Positions 22,845-33,484 of a stretch of 64,000 nucleotides of DNA are shown here, in pieces (position 1 is the first letter of the stretch; every line of letters starts with the position of its first letter). The notes under the pieces are model-generated. The model worked only from the letters and a program-made list of their open reading frames with translations. It was not told the DNA's origin and searched no databases. The stretch is from an uncultured Methanoregulaceae archaeon (GTDB lineage Archaea > Halobacteriota > Methanomicrobia > Methanomicrobiales > Methanospirillaceae), in the NCBI GenBank assembly GCA_963705255.1, contig OY970061.1, positions 1,344,001 to 1,408,000 of the forward strand. Reading direction: 5' to 3'. A program made the translations under genes and the position numbers.

Positions 22845-22945
22845 TTCCTGACTCCGGAAATCTAATTTGTTTCGAATTTCAAATTTTGTTGAATTAGTGT
22901 GAACAAGGCAAGATTATATATCTTTGCATTTCAGATTATCTTGAA

Positions 22946-23347
22946 ATGAAGCGAAAGGTCGCAACCTGCTGCGGTGCACCGGCACAAGAGGGGGATCCGG
23001 CAACAGAGATTCCGGAACAGATCCAGATTGAACTCGATGCGATAGGAGGACTTCCGGCCCTGTCGAAGCGCATTCCCTCGAAAAAAATTCTCGATGAGAG
23101 AGGAAGGATCTACCAGGCCCTTTCTGATCCGCTCCGCCTCTCGATTCTCTATATTATCAGGGACCAGCCACTCTGTGTCTGTGTCATCAACCGGTTCATG
23201 CGACTTTCCGGTTCAAAACTTTCCTATCACCTGAATATCCTAAGGGAGAGCGGGCTCATCGAAGGGGAAAACAACGGCAATTGGATTATCTATTCGATTA
23301 CTGATCGCGGGCGCCGGCTCCTTCAATGTACGGAACACGCGGGATAA
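22946..23347 (+). CDS. arsR: ArsR/SmtB regulator
   Basis: ALSDPLRL, LCVC, LSYHL..L..SGLI; divergent from the ars operon. Confidence 0.88.
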   Translation: MKRKVATCCGAPAQEGDPATEIPEQIQIELDAIGGLPALSKRIPSKKILDERGRIYQALSDPLRLSILYIIRDQPLCVCVINRFMRLSGSKLSYHLNILRESGLIEGENNGNWIIYSITDRGRRLLQCTEHAG

Positions 23348-23413
23348 CTGCGTATCTGTTAAAAAACTGCCTAAACTGCAAATTATTTATAGAACCTGCG
23401 ATAAGTATCATTC

Positions 23414-24053
23414 ATGTCAAATTCAAAAAAAGTTGAAATACCGCAGGGGGTCTGGGACTTCCACGGACATATCTGTCCGTTCATGCCGATCGGATACCGG
23501 ATGGGACAGGTTGCGATGCGGGAACTCGGCGTTTCGCATATCGGGGATCACGGTGCATTCGGCCTCTCGGAGATGGGTGTCGGGCACCCGCAGACCTGCA
23601 TGATTGACGGGTTCATGGCCGTCACCGGCTGGTACGTACGGGAAACTCATGATGGAGCGGCTCAATTATGGAAAGGTCGCATGTCTCCTCGTTGTCCCCG
23701 GGAAAGGAGCGGTTCGCGTGTACCTGAAATCGGAGTTCCAGGACGCGCTCGGCAAACAGGAATTTTTTGTCTACCGCAAGAAGGGGATCGAACCGTCGCA
23801 GGTCCCCGCCGATGTCGTGAAAAACGTCGTGGATATGGTTCTCACGGCAACGGAGGCTGAGCTGTTTACCGTCACGAAACTACCGGACTTCACCTTCGGC
23901 CGCCCGAAAGGTTCCTTTGCGAAGATGAAATGCAGCAAGTGCGGCGAGTATGTCTTCGAGCGGTACGCGCGGATGGTGGACGGCAAGCCCGAGTGCATTC
24001 CTTGTTCGGGATATGACCAGACCTGGGTAAACGTCCTGAAAGGTACGCAGTAA
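23414..24053 (+). CDS. FmdE family protein with C-terminal Zn finger (frameshift near 23630)
   Basis: FHGHICP, TCMIDG, then CSKCGE...CIPC in the next frame. Confidence 0.85.
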
Positions 24054-24064
24054 TCCGGTGAACA

Positions 24065-24838
24065 ATGGACAGCACCCTGTTGATCGCGGTCATCGCCGTC
24101 TTTCTGGTATCGATCATCTTTTCGATGTTCGGGCAAGGGGGCGGATCGCTCTACACACCGATCCTTTTCCTCATTGGATATACGGCGCTCGTATCGATTT
24201 CTACATCGCTTGTGCTAAACCTCATTACTGCTTTTGCAGCAGCGATTATATACTACCGGGCAAATCTTATCGATTTCCGTCTTGCAGCTGCTTTTATTCC
24301 AGGCATCTGTATTGGTGCGTTTATCGGTGGCGCAATGACTAACTTTGTGAATCCCGCGATCCTTCTGTGGCTCTTTGTCATATTCCTTGCCGGCGCGGGG
24401 GGACGGATGATCTATACCTGGTGGGAGAAGTCATCTGCCGAAGAGGAATGCCCCGTTACCTTCTCGCGGGGGATGTATGTGGGGATCGTTTTGTTCAGTT
24501 TCGCGGTCGGGATTCTCTCCGGTCTTCTTGGGGTTGGCGGGGGAACTATCATCATACCGGTTTTGATCTTCCTGTGCCGGTATCCAACGAAAAATTCAGC
24601 AGGTACCGTAAGTTTCATCGTAATCTTTTCCTCGATCTTCGGTGTCGTCGGACATTCGGCGTTTGGCAGCCTGGACCTGGAACTTATTGCAGTTACGGCA
24701 GTTGCGGTCTTCATAGGAGTTACCATCGGTGCTAGATATATGGTGAAAATCCAACCCCGGTATATCAAGGCGGGTTTCGGGGTGGTTCTCTGGGTGTTTG
24801 CTCTCCAGCTTATCCTCAAGCTGATGCAGAGCCATTAG
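24065..24838 (+). CDS. TauE/SafE sulfite exporter family
   Basis: GQGGG and LGVGGG repeats, multiple TM helices. Confidence 0.88.
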   Translation: MDSTLLIAVIAVFLVSIIFSMFGQGGGSLYTPILFLIGYTALVSISTSLVLNLITAFAAAIIYYRANLIDFRLAAAFIPGICIGAFIGGAMTNFVNPAILLWLFVIFLAGAGGRMIYTWWEKSSAEEECPVTFSRGMYVGIVLFSFAVGILSGLLGVGGGTIIIPVLIFLCRYPTKNSAGTVSFIVIFSSIFGVVGHSAFGSLDLELIAVTAVAVFIGVTIGARYMVKIQPRYIKAGFGVVLWVFALQLILKLMQSH

Positions 24839-24951
24839 CATTTTTTTTAAGAGAGGTGGATATCAGAAAAAGAAAATTAAAATCCATTTTGAGTAATTTT
24901 CTTTTATGTCCTCAATAGTATCTTTCCGGTTCTGAAGTACCGAATGAGAGA

Positions 24952-25359
24952 TTAACGTGTTTTTGATTTTATTACCCTCTTTGATGGAATTTTCTCATCA
25001 TGGCAGTTTCCCCGGCACTGGTACCTGTCAATAGAATCCCGTTTCTCCGCCCACTGGATCAGGGGAAGGACTGCCTCGCAGAGCTGTTTCCCGTCTTCAG
25101 TCAGGGAATACTCAACCCGTGGCGGGATCTCCGAGAATGATTCCCGGTGAATCAGGTTTTCTTTCTGGAGATCTTTTAACACATCGGCAAGGGTTTTGGG
25201 ACTTATCCCGTCAAGCCTCTGCATGATATCATTGAACCGGATTTTCTCATGATGGCCGATGATGCTGATGATCAGGATGGCCCATTTTTTTGCAATGATA
25301 TTGATGATGCCTTCAAGGGGGCACAGGCAGATGTGATTACTATTGTTTTCCATAGTCAC
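24952..25359 (-). CDS. HxlR family regulator
   Basis: CPL..KKW, ISPKTL, EIPPRVEYSLT. Confidence 0.9.
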   Translation of the reverse strand: MTMENNSNHICLCPLEGIINIIAKKWAILIISIIGHHEKIRFNDIMQRLDGISPKTLADVLKDLQKENLIHRESFSEIPPRVEYSLTEDGKQLCEAVLPLIQWAEKRDSIDRYQCRGNCHDEKIPSKRVIKSKTR

Positions 25360-25440
25360 TTTAAAACTATAAACTTGACACTATTAATACTATTCAATTG
25401 ATAGTAAGTTTAAAGAAGAAAATTTTTGGAGGAAAGAAGT

Positions 25441-25632
25441 ATGTGCCATGTATCAGCGGGAAATCCGGTATCGCCGATGAACGTCCATTGCGGTTGTGAA
25501 TGCGGCTGCCCCGTCATGCTCCCGGTTGAGGAGGAGATCCGCAGTCTTGAAGACCATAAAAAAATCCTGCAGGACCGGATTGAAACGATCGATAAGAAAA
25601 TTGCCGGTCTGAAGACCGCGAACAAATCATGA
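25441..25632 (+). CDS. Small Cys-rich coiled-coil protein
   Basis: HCGCECGC followed by a heptad coil; overlaps the start of the ABC gene. Confidence 0.65.
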   Translation: MCHVSAGNPVSPMNVHCGCECGCPVMLPVEEEIRSLEDHKKILQDRIETIDKKIAGLKTANKS

Positions 25633-26546
25633 ACGCCATAGAAGCCGGACACCTCGTCAAGCGATTTGGCACGATAACCGCAGTGAACGATGTCGGCCTC
25701 ACCGTCAAGGAGGGTGAGATCTTCGGTTTTCTCGGCCCGAACGGGGCCGGCAAGACCACGACGATGCGGCTTCTCACCGGTGTTCTCACGCCGGACGCAG
25801 GATCCGTCAGGATTAATAGCATCGACATCCATCACCATCCCCTCACTGCAAAGATGCAGATGGGAGTGATCCCCGAGAGCAGCACGGTCTACGGCGATCT
25901 TTCCGCAGAACAGAACCTCCATCTGAGCGGGAAGATGTACGGCATGCCCCGGACACTCCGGGAAGAACGAATTGATGAGCTCTTATCGCGGCTGGGCCTT
26001 TCCGAAAAACGACGCCTCCCGGTCCGGACATTCTCGAAAGGAATGAAACAGCGGGTGAGTATCGCGTGCGCCATCATCCACCGGCCCCGCGTCCTGTTCC
26101 TTGATGAGCCAACCAGCGGGCTGGATGTGCAGAGCCGCAGGCTCGTGATCGAGACGATCCATCACATGAACGAACAGGGCAGCACGATCTTTCTCACCAC
26201 GCACAACATCGAAGAGGCAAACACGCTCTGCCGGATTGTCTGCATCATCAACAAGGGGAAGATCGTCGCGCAGGACAGTCCCGAGCGGCTCAAGAAGATG
26301 TTCGAGACAACGCAGTCGGTCGAGGTCTCCTTTGACCGGCCTGTAACCCGGGACCTGTTCGCTGCGGAAGGAATTTTGCGGGCAGAGCCGTGCGGTGACA
26401 AGTGGCGGCTGTACACGGACAATCCGGGCATGGTCCTGAAATATCTTGTCGGGCGGGCCGAGCGCGAGTCCCTTGGCATCACTTCGCTCACGACATCCGG
26501 CCCGAGCCTTGAAGAAGCGTTTGTCCAGATCACGGAGTGTGCATGA
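25629..26546 (+). CDS. ABC-2 exporter ATP-binding subunit
   Basis: GPNGAGKTT, FSKGM, LDEPT. Confidence 0.93.
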   Translation: MNAIEAGHLVKRFGTITAVNDVGLTVKEGEIFGFLGPNGAGKTTTMRLLTGVLTPDAGSVRINSIDIHHHPLTAKMQMGVIPESSTVYGDLSAEQNLHLSGKMYGMPRTLREERIDELLSRLGLSEKRRLPVRTFSKGMKQRVSIACAIIHRPRVLFLDEPTSGLDVQSRRLVIETIHHMNEQGSTIFLTTHNIEEANTLCRIVCIINKGKIVAQDSPERLKKMFETTQSVEVSFDRPVTRDLFAAEGILRAEPCGDKWRLYTDNPGMVLKYLVGRAERESLGITSLTTSGPSLEEAFVQITECA

Positions 26547-27292
26547 TGGAGATCCCGCTATTCCTCCGTGGGATTCTCGTCATCACCGGGAAAAACATGA
26601 GGCTGTATTATACCAAGCCGCCGGTCCTGATGTTCGGGCTCCTCTTCCCGCTCTTCATGTTCTTTGCGTTCTTTGTCGGCCGCCACCTCGACCTGACAAC
26701 ATTCTTCCCGGCGTTCCTCGCGATGATGCTCTTTTTTACTGCATCGTCGGTAGGCCCGCTGATTACGCCCTGGGAAAAACGGGAGAAGACCTATGAACGG
26801 CTCCTTTCCTACCCGGTGACGCAGGACAGTATCATCCTTGGTGATGTTGCGGCGGGCGCAGTCTTCGGGATTGGGATCAGTATCCTCGTCTGGATCGCGA
26901 GTACCGCCTTCGTGCCGGTCGCGATTACGAACATCGGGTTGTTTGCCCTTGCATTTGTCCTCGGCACCCTTTCCTGTGCCGCACTCGGCGCCCTGCTGGC
27001 TGCACCCGCATCCGACAGTCCGCCCAACGTGATGATCTTTTCCAACCTGATACGGTTCCCGCTCATCTTCATCTCCGGGATATTCGTCCCGCTTGCGCAG
27101 ATGCAAGGGTGGGGTCTCGCGATTGCATACTGGTCACCGCTCACGTACCTTGTCGATCTGTTCAACGCGGCCATGTCCGGAACATCGGTATTTTCTCCGC
27201 TTGTCGACTGTGGCGTGCTCATCGGGGTCTCTGCCCTATTCATCGGTGCAGCACGGGTCATCCAGAAACGAAATCTGGTAAAAGGCATGTGA
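26543..27292 (+). CDS. ABC-2 exporter permease
   Basis: Six TM helices, FISGIFVP, SPLTY. Confidence 0.9.
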   Translation: MMEIPLFLRGILVITGKNMRLYYTKPPVLMFGLLFPLFMFFAFFVGRHLDLTTFFPAFLAMMLFFTASSVGPLITPWEKREKTYERLLSYPVTQDSIILGDVAAGAVFGIGISILVWIASTAFVPVAITNIGLFALAFVLGTLSCAALGALLAAPASDSPPNVMIFSNLIRFPLIFISGIFVPLAQMQGWGLAIAYWSPLTYLVDLFNAAMSGTSVFSPLVDCGVLIGVSALFIGAARVIQKRNLVKGM

Positions 27293-27450
27293 GAAAACGA
27301 TCACAAACAGGATTCGGGGATTCTTTACTACCTGAAGTACCTCTCCGATGCTACGATTCATGTTGATCCCGCAACGGAATCCGGGCTGATCATCACCATG
27401 TCGCCGAGCACAGCCATGAATGACTGTCGCCTCATTCACACTGATTTTTT

Positions 27451-28062
27451 TTAAATGATGGGAAAATACTTGATCGCTATCGTCTCACAATTTTGCCCGT
27501 TCATGATGCAGAACCCACGAGTCTTTTCAATAACAGAAACCTGCACAAATCCCGCATTCCTGAAAAATTGGGTCACCTCTTCAACAGTCCAGTATGCAGC
27601 GAACCGTAAGAATCTGTCTTTTATTGGTTCGTGCTGATATCTTCGATAAATTTCCCCATCCTTTTCAATGAACCCGACAACGAGCATCCCCCGGGGTCGG
27701 AGCACACGATTCACTTCACGGAAAACCGCTTCGACATCATCAAGAAAACAGATGACCGTCATCATAAGGACGTAATCGAAGGAATCTGCACGATACGGCA
27801 GGTGCCCCCCCTCACCCAGCACGACCTCGATGTTCCGGCTCTTCGCTATTTTCAAAAGATTGCAGGACGGGTCGATGCCATACCCGACGCCGAGCGGTAC
27901 TGCAAACCGGCCTGACCCAATACCCACTTCAAGCCCACGCCCGGTACTGGTTACCGCCTCACCGAGCATCCGAACCTCTGCCTCATAAACCGAACCATGT
28001 TCGTCGAACCAACGATCATAATCAGCGGCAAACTCGTCAAAGACGCGGCGTGATGGAATCAT
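27451..28062 (-). CDS. Class I SAM-dependent methyltransferase
   Basis: LEVGIGSGRF, LPY..DSFD, RVLRPRG. Confidence 0.9.
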   Translation of the reverse strand: MIPSRRVFDEFAADYDRWFDEHGSVYEAEVRMLGEAVTSTGRGLEVGIGSGRFAVPLGVGYGIDPSCNLLKIAKSRNIEVVLGEGGHLPYRADSFDYVLMMTVICFLDDVEAVFREVNRVLRPRGMLVVGFIEKDGEIYRRYQHEPIKDRFLRFAAYWTVEEVTQFFRNAGFVQVSVIEKTRGFCIMNGQNCETIAIKYFPII

Positions 28063-28457
28063 CTGCTATTCCCGTCCGAAGGGGCCAGCCGTATTTTCAT
28101 CTTATCCCGGATAGATTCCTCAACTCCTTTCAGTTTTGCAATCCCGGGCTCGCCTTCGCGTTCATAATACAGCAGAAGATGGAAGTAGTCCGCCACAAGA
28201 TCCTGGAACTCTTTTTTGTACCGCACTTCGACATTACTTTCCCAGAGAAAACCCTTGATGGAGATGAACTGCTCTTTTTCAAAAGAGAAGTAGGGTTTCC
28301 TGAGTTGTTCAAAAGACCGGACCGTGCCAAAATTTACCAGAAACTTCAGGAAGCCTTCGGTCAGCGGTTCGTCAAGCACGTACTCTTTCATGAGCGAGCC
28401 GTCAACACAGACTTTAGTCTGAACGGACTTGAGAATCCGCACTCCATGCCACCTCAC
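28059..28457 (-). CDS. Conserved hypothetical protein
   Basis: Operonic ORF between the desulfurase and the methyltransferase; start uncertain. Confidence 0.6.
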   Translation of the reverse strand: MRWHGVRILKSVQTKVCVDGSLMKEYVLDEPLTEGFLKFLVNFGTVRSFEQLRKPYFSFEKEQFISIKGFLWESNVEVRYKKEFQDLVADYFHLLLYYEREGEPGIAKLKGVEESIRDKMKIRLAPSDGNSR

Positions 28458-29640
28458 GGATCGCTTCTGCCGCTACTCTGCACTCATCGCGGGTATTGAA
28501 ATACGAGAAACTTGCCCGGATACAACCTTTCCCGCCGTCAATGCATTCATGGACGAGCGGAGCGCAGTGCAGCCCGGTCCTCATAATCACGTTGTAGGCC
28601 CGGGCGAGGATGAATCCCGCTTCATGATTGTCGATGCCGGCGATATCAAACGATACGACCGGGAGATCGGGTTTTTCATTGTAGATGGTGATGCCCTGTG
28701 TATCCTTCAGTTCGCGGATGAAACAGCGGGTAAGGTCCGTATTCTTCTTCTCGATTGCTTCCTGACCGATCGATGTAATAAACCGTATCCCGGCGTAGAG
28801 CGATGCTATGCCGGGGTAGTTGTGCGTCCCTGCCTCGAACCGCATCGGCATCTCGAAGGGCTGGGTGAGCGTTCTGGAATCCGTACCCGTGCCACCCTGC
28901 CGGGTGATCGCGATAGCATCCGGCTCAGAGATGAAGAATCCGCCAATGCCGGGGATGCCGAAAAGTGCCTTGTGCCCGGTGAATACAAACGCACCGACCG
29001 GGATGTCCGAAAGATCGACCGGGATGTGGCCGGCGGTCTGGGCCCCGTCCACAATAAAAAAAATGTCATTGGCATGGAGGTATTCCGCAATCGGTCTTAT
29101 GTCCTGCACGGACCCGAGTACATTGCTCCCGTGTGTCATCACCACGAGCCGGGTCTCGGAACAGATCGCTTTTTCGATTGCTGCGAGGCTGACGGTATTA
29201 TCAATGAAAGGCACGACCGAAAGTGTGATTGCTCCTTCCTGTTCCAGCGTGGTGAGCGGGCGGAGTACCGAGTTGTGTTCGAGTTCGGTGGTGATTGCAT
29301 GGAACTGCATACCGGTCTTCTTCACAAACCCGTGAATCAGCAAGTTAAGTGAATCGGTGGCATTCTGCGTGAAGATGAAATTTTCAGCAGGCCCCGAATG
29401 GAAAAACGCAGCAAGGGCTTCCCGTGCGGCAGAGGGATAATCCATGGATCCATTTCCCGTTGTCCTTCCCGGTTCGTGCAGCGGCTGCCGCAGGCAGTTT
29501 GCAACTTCCTCAAGCACTTCGGATGGCTTTGGCCATGTCGTCGCAGCGTTGTTGAGGTAGATGAGCGGGGGCTGTGTATCCTGCGGTGCGTGATCCATCG
29601 AGATGACTTTTGTTGTGCACCCTCTTTGTTCTTTTGACAA
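28414..29640 (-). CDS. Cysteine desulfurase-like class V aminotransferase
   Basis: YLNNAATTWPKP, TGHKALFG, RTGLHCAP. Confidence 0.9.
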   Translation of the reverse strand: MSKEQRGCTTKVISMDHAPQDTQPPLIYLNNAATTWPKPSEVLEEVANCLRQPLHEPGRTTGNGSMDYPSAAREALAAFFHSGPAENFIFTQNATDSLNLLIHGFVKKTGMQFHAITTELEHNSVLRPLTTLEQEGAITLSVVPFIDNTVSLAAIEKAICSETRLVVMTHGSNVLGSVQDIRPIAEYLHANDIFFIVDGAQTAGHIPVDLSDIPVGAFVFTGHKALFGIPGIGGFFISEPDAIAITRQGGTGTDSRTLTQPFEMPMRFEAGTHNYPGIASLYAGIRFITSIGQEAIEKKNTDLTRCFIRELKDTQGITIYNEKPDLPVVSFDIAGIDNHEAGFILARAYNVIMRTGLHCAPLVHECIDGGKGCIRASFSYFNTRDECRVAAEAIREVAWSADSQVRSD

Positions 29641-29824
29641 CCACGTAAATCAGCATCGTGAAACTCCCTGAAATTGTTCGTTCCTGCCTCAACTCCACGG
29701 TAACTCCCGGACCACTCATATCGCAGGACTGCGGTTCCCGGATACACCGTGTCTCTTATTGAAAACAACGAATATGAGACGGCACATTAGAATAGATCCA
29801 AATAAAAATGAATATCGGAACTCC

Positions 29825-30974
29825 ATGCCACCCTCCCTCAAAAGTCTGGACTTTTTTAAGGACTCATACGAGCTCCGCATCGCCCAGCTGAAATGAAGAG
29901 AGAGAAAACGGAATAAAGGTCGTCGGGACCTTCTGCCTCTATGTTCCGGATGAGATCATCTTTGCAGCGGGTGCCGACCGGATCGTGCTCTGTGGCGGAA
30001 GAGCCGATACGATTTCCGTGGCAGAGCAATCGCTTCCAAGGAACATATGCCCGCTGATCAAGTCCTCGTTCGGGGCGGTGGTCGACGCATGCTGCGGGGG
30101 GAACCTGGCGTGCCCTCATGTCCCCCTGGTCGATGTGGTGGTTGCAGAGGCGACTTGCGACGGGAAGAAGAAGATGTACGAGATCCTTGCTGATTTCCTA
30201 CCCACCTATGTCCTCGACCTCCCGCAGAAACCCGGGAGCCCCGAGGCCCTGAATTATTTCCTTTCTGAGCTCCGGAAGTTCGGGAAGTTCATGGAGGGCC
30301 TGACCGGAAATGTCGTGAGCAACGATGCACTGAGGCGGGAGATCCGGTCGGCAAATGAGACAAAACGGCTCCTCCACCGGCTCTTCGGGCTGAGGAGGCG
30401 CGATCCGCCACCGATCAGGGGATCCGAAGTCCTCCGGGTGATGCAGAAGCAGTTCTTCCTCTCACCCGGCCAGTTCAAGCAGGGAGTCAGCCAGCTCTGC
30501 GACGAGATGGAGCGCGCCACACCGGACGTCCGGACGGGACCGCGGATCATGATCTCGGGGTGCCCGATGGCGGCAGGAAATACGAAAGTGCCGGACATTA
30601 TCGAGCAGAAGGGCGGGGTGATTGTGGTTGAGGAGAGCTGTACCGGCACGAGGTCGTTCTGGGATCTTGTGGACGAGGATAAAGACCCGTGGACAGCCCT
30701 CGCAGAGCGGTACCTGGAGATTCCCTGTGCATGCATGACACCCAATGACCAGCGGGTCGCCCGTATCGTGGATCTCGCGAAACACTACGATGTCCAGGGT
30801 GTGGTGTATTACACCCTGCAGTTCTGCCATGCCTACAATATCGAACGCCTCCGGGTGCAGAGGGCCCTGAAGAAGGAGAAAATTCCCTTGCTTGCGATCG
30901 AGTCTGACTATGGAGACTCGGACATGGAACAGATCGGGATTCGTGTCGACGCGTTCCTGGAGATGATCGTGTGA
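29825..30974 (+). CDS. 2-hydroxyacyl-CoA dehydratase-type (double-cubane) subunit, frameshift near 29892
   Basis: VGTFCLYVP, ICPLIKS, TCDGKKK, EESCTG, PCAC, FCH. Confidence 0.88.
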
Positions 30975-31738
30975 TCACCGCGGGGATCGACGCGGGTGCC
31001 GCCACGACGAAGGTGCTCCTGCTCCGGGACCGGGAGATCATAGGGTACCGGATCGCCGGCACCGCGTTTGATTTCCTCACCGCTGCCCGGAATATGTTTG
31101 ACGAGCTCCTTGCGAGCTGTGATATCGGGAGAGAGGTGGTCGGGGAAGTGTACGCTACGGGGTATGGCCGGAATTCCATTTCGTTTGCAGATACATCGAT
31201 CAGCGAGATTACGGCGCACACGAGGGGAGTATCCTTCCTCTTTCCGGAGGTGCAGGGGATCATCGATATAGGAGGGCAGGACTCGAAGGTCATCGTGGTA
31301 GAAGACGGGAGAGTCGCGGACTTTCTCATGAACGACAAGTGCGCTGCAGGGACCGGGAAATTTCTTGAGTACACGGCAAAGGCGCTGGAGGTCCCGATAA
31401 ACGAGCTCGGCGGTCTCGCGCTCGCATCCAACCACCCTGCCGACATCACCAGTATGTGCACGGTATTTGCAGAGTCAGAGGTGATCTCGCTCCGGGCGAG
31501 GGGCGTCACCAAGGAGGACATCGCAGCGGGCCTCATCACGAGCGTCGCGCAACGGGTGGTGGTGATGGCGAAGCGGATGGGATTGGAGGAGCGTATCGCG
31601 TTCGTCGGTGGGGTGGCGAAGAATGCCGGGATGAAGGCAGCACTCGAGAAGGAACTGGGTGTCACCCTTTACGTCCCTTTCGAACCTCAGATTACCGGGG
31701 CCCTAGGGGCTGCAATTGCCGCACAGGGGAACAGGTAA
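30971..31738 (+). CDS. ATP-dependent activase (HgdC/BadF type)
   Basis: GIDAG..TTK, ATGYGR, DIGGQDSK, MNDKCAAGTG, CTVFAESE. Confidence 0.92.
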   Translation: MITAGIDAGAATTKVLLLRDREIIGYRIAGTAFDFLTAARNMFDELLASCDIGREVVGEVYATGYGRNSISFADTSISEITAHTRGVSFLFPEVQGIIDIGGQDSKVIVVEDGRVADFLMNDKCAAGTGKFLEYTAKALEVPINELGGLALASNHPADITSMCTVFAESEVISLRARGVTKEDIAAGLITSVAQRVVVMAKRMGLEERIAFVGGVAKNAGMKAALEKELGVTLYVPFEPQITGALGAAIAAQGNR

Positions 31739-31959
31739 CACTCTCCATCAATTCGTATTCACCCGATCCGGCTGATATCGTGCGCTCCGGTTGGATAGGC
31801 GGTTCCGGTGCGTCGTCGTGACTTTTTAAATACTATGCCGGTATCGATTACGACGAGGTCATTTTCTTTAAGTCTCGTTCATGCACCAGAACCGCTGGCC
31901 GGGATTGTAATGAGAGGAAGAAAAATTTTTAAAACAGAAGGCCGGAAAAACGCAGAAAT

Positions 31960-32256
31960 TTATTTTTCCGGGACATTCTCACCAAGAGGCTTGAGAATCG
32001 TTGTTACCAGGGTACTCAGGTTTTCTGCTTTCACGAGTGCCATGCAACAGAATCCTCCCTCTTTTTCAAGGGTGAACAATGCAAGTTTATCCCCCGGCCG
32101 TATACCTGCTTTCTCCCTCAGATCTTTGGGAAGTACCATCTGGCCGCGTTCGTCGACACTCAGTAACGCCTCCATTTTGTAAACCGATCCGACATCACAT
32201 CCGCAGGATATATCTCCGGAAATTCCGGGGGGAACAACATCTTTTTTCTTCGTCAT
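31960..32256 (-). CDS. AbrB-fold protein resembling HgcAB-associated HgcC
   Basis: VDERGQMVLPKDLREKAGI..GDKL, CC motif. Confidence 0.75.
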   Translation of the reverse strand: MTKKKDVVPPGISGDISCGCDVGSVYKMEALLSVDERGQMVLPKDLREKAGIRPGDKLALFTLEKEGGFCCMALVKAENLSTLVTTILKPLGENVPEK

Positions 32257-32562
32257 AGTCTCGTGCACTACTGATTATTTTATACCTATTTAATTCTTCA
32301 GAAAAATCAGAATAAAAAATACGGATGCCAGGTTTTTTCATGCCTAATTATCAACCCGTAAAAAAGCCAGAATAAGCGGCGTCTGGACTACAACCGGAAC
32401 TGCATCGCATTTTTTGTCCACAACGCTGTCCATATACAATATTTTCAGCACAGTCTTACGAATCTGATTAATCTGATAAATTTAAATATGCTGAAAGCTC
32501 ACATCAATTTTGTGATTTGGATATGACCGGAAAAATTGGATATCCGAATCCGGGGATGTATC

Positions 32563-33433
32563 ATGAAAACGAAACCCACGAGTGAAAAAACAATCAAGGA
32601 TGAGATCAGGAACAGCTACGGGACTATTGCACGGACCGGCGGATCGTGCTGCGGCCCTGCACCTTCATGCGGGGATTCTGCCGCTTCCGACGCTTCCCGG
32701 AAAGTCGGCTATTCCGATGATGAAATATCTGCAGCACCGGACGGCGCCAACCTTGGCCTGGGCTGCGGGAACCCTGTTGCCATCGCCTCGCTCCGGGATG
32801 GGGAGATCGTTCTCGATCTTGGATCGGGCGGGGGCTTTGATGCCTTCCTTGCAGCAAAAAAAGTCGGCCCTGCCCGGCGGGGTAATCGGTATCGACATGA
32901 CGCCGGAGATGATCGAACGGGCACGGTCCAATGCAAAGCGGGGCGGGTATTCCAATGTCGAATTCCGGCTTGGCGAGATTGAAAACCTGCCAGTCGATGA
33001 CAATTCCGTTGATGTCATCATCTCCAACTGCGTGATAAACCTGTCACCAGATAAGAGCAAGGTATTTTCAGAAGCATTCCGGGTCCTGAAACCCGGCGGC
33101 CGGTTCATGGTATCCGATACGGTGTTGACGCGGCATCTTCCCGAAGCGATCCAGAAATCCGTTGCCGCATATATGGGCTGTATCTCCGGGGCACTTATGA
33201 AAGAAGAGTACCAGTCCAGGCTCCTGGCTGCCGGCTTTGCAAGGGCCGATATTGTAAAGGATTCCCCTATTGACTTCACTTCCGCGATACGGGATCTGGG
33301 ATTTAAGGTAGATATCGAACCGGCAGAACTGGCCAAGATCGTTGCAATACTTGACAAAAGCGTTACGAGCATAACCGTTTCAGCGGCCAAGAGAGATACT
33401 GGTAGGGAGAAGGCTCATCGGGCATATCCTTGA
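32563..33433 (+). CDS. arsM: Arsenite methyltransferase (frameshift near 32870)
   Basis: [33 protein letters not shown]. Confidence 0.9.
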
Positions 33434-33484
33434 ACAGGCAGGCTGACCGGGAATGACGGTGAAAGCAGTGACAGGAGAACTGGA

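Noticed and set aside
29893-29897. In-frame TGA as selenocysteine in the dehydratase gene
   Set aside because: Removing one A from the CTGAAATGAA run restores the conserved frame; the TGA is not at a Cys position.
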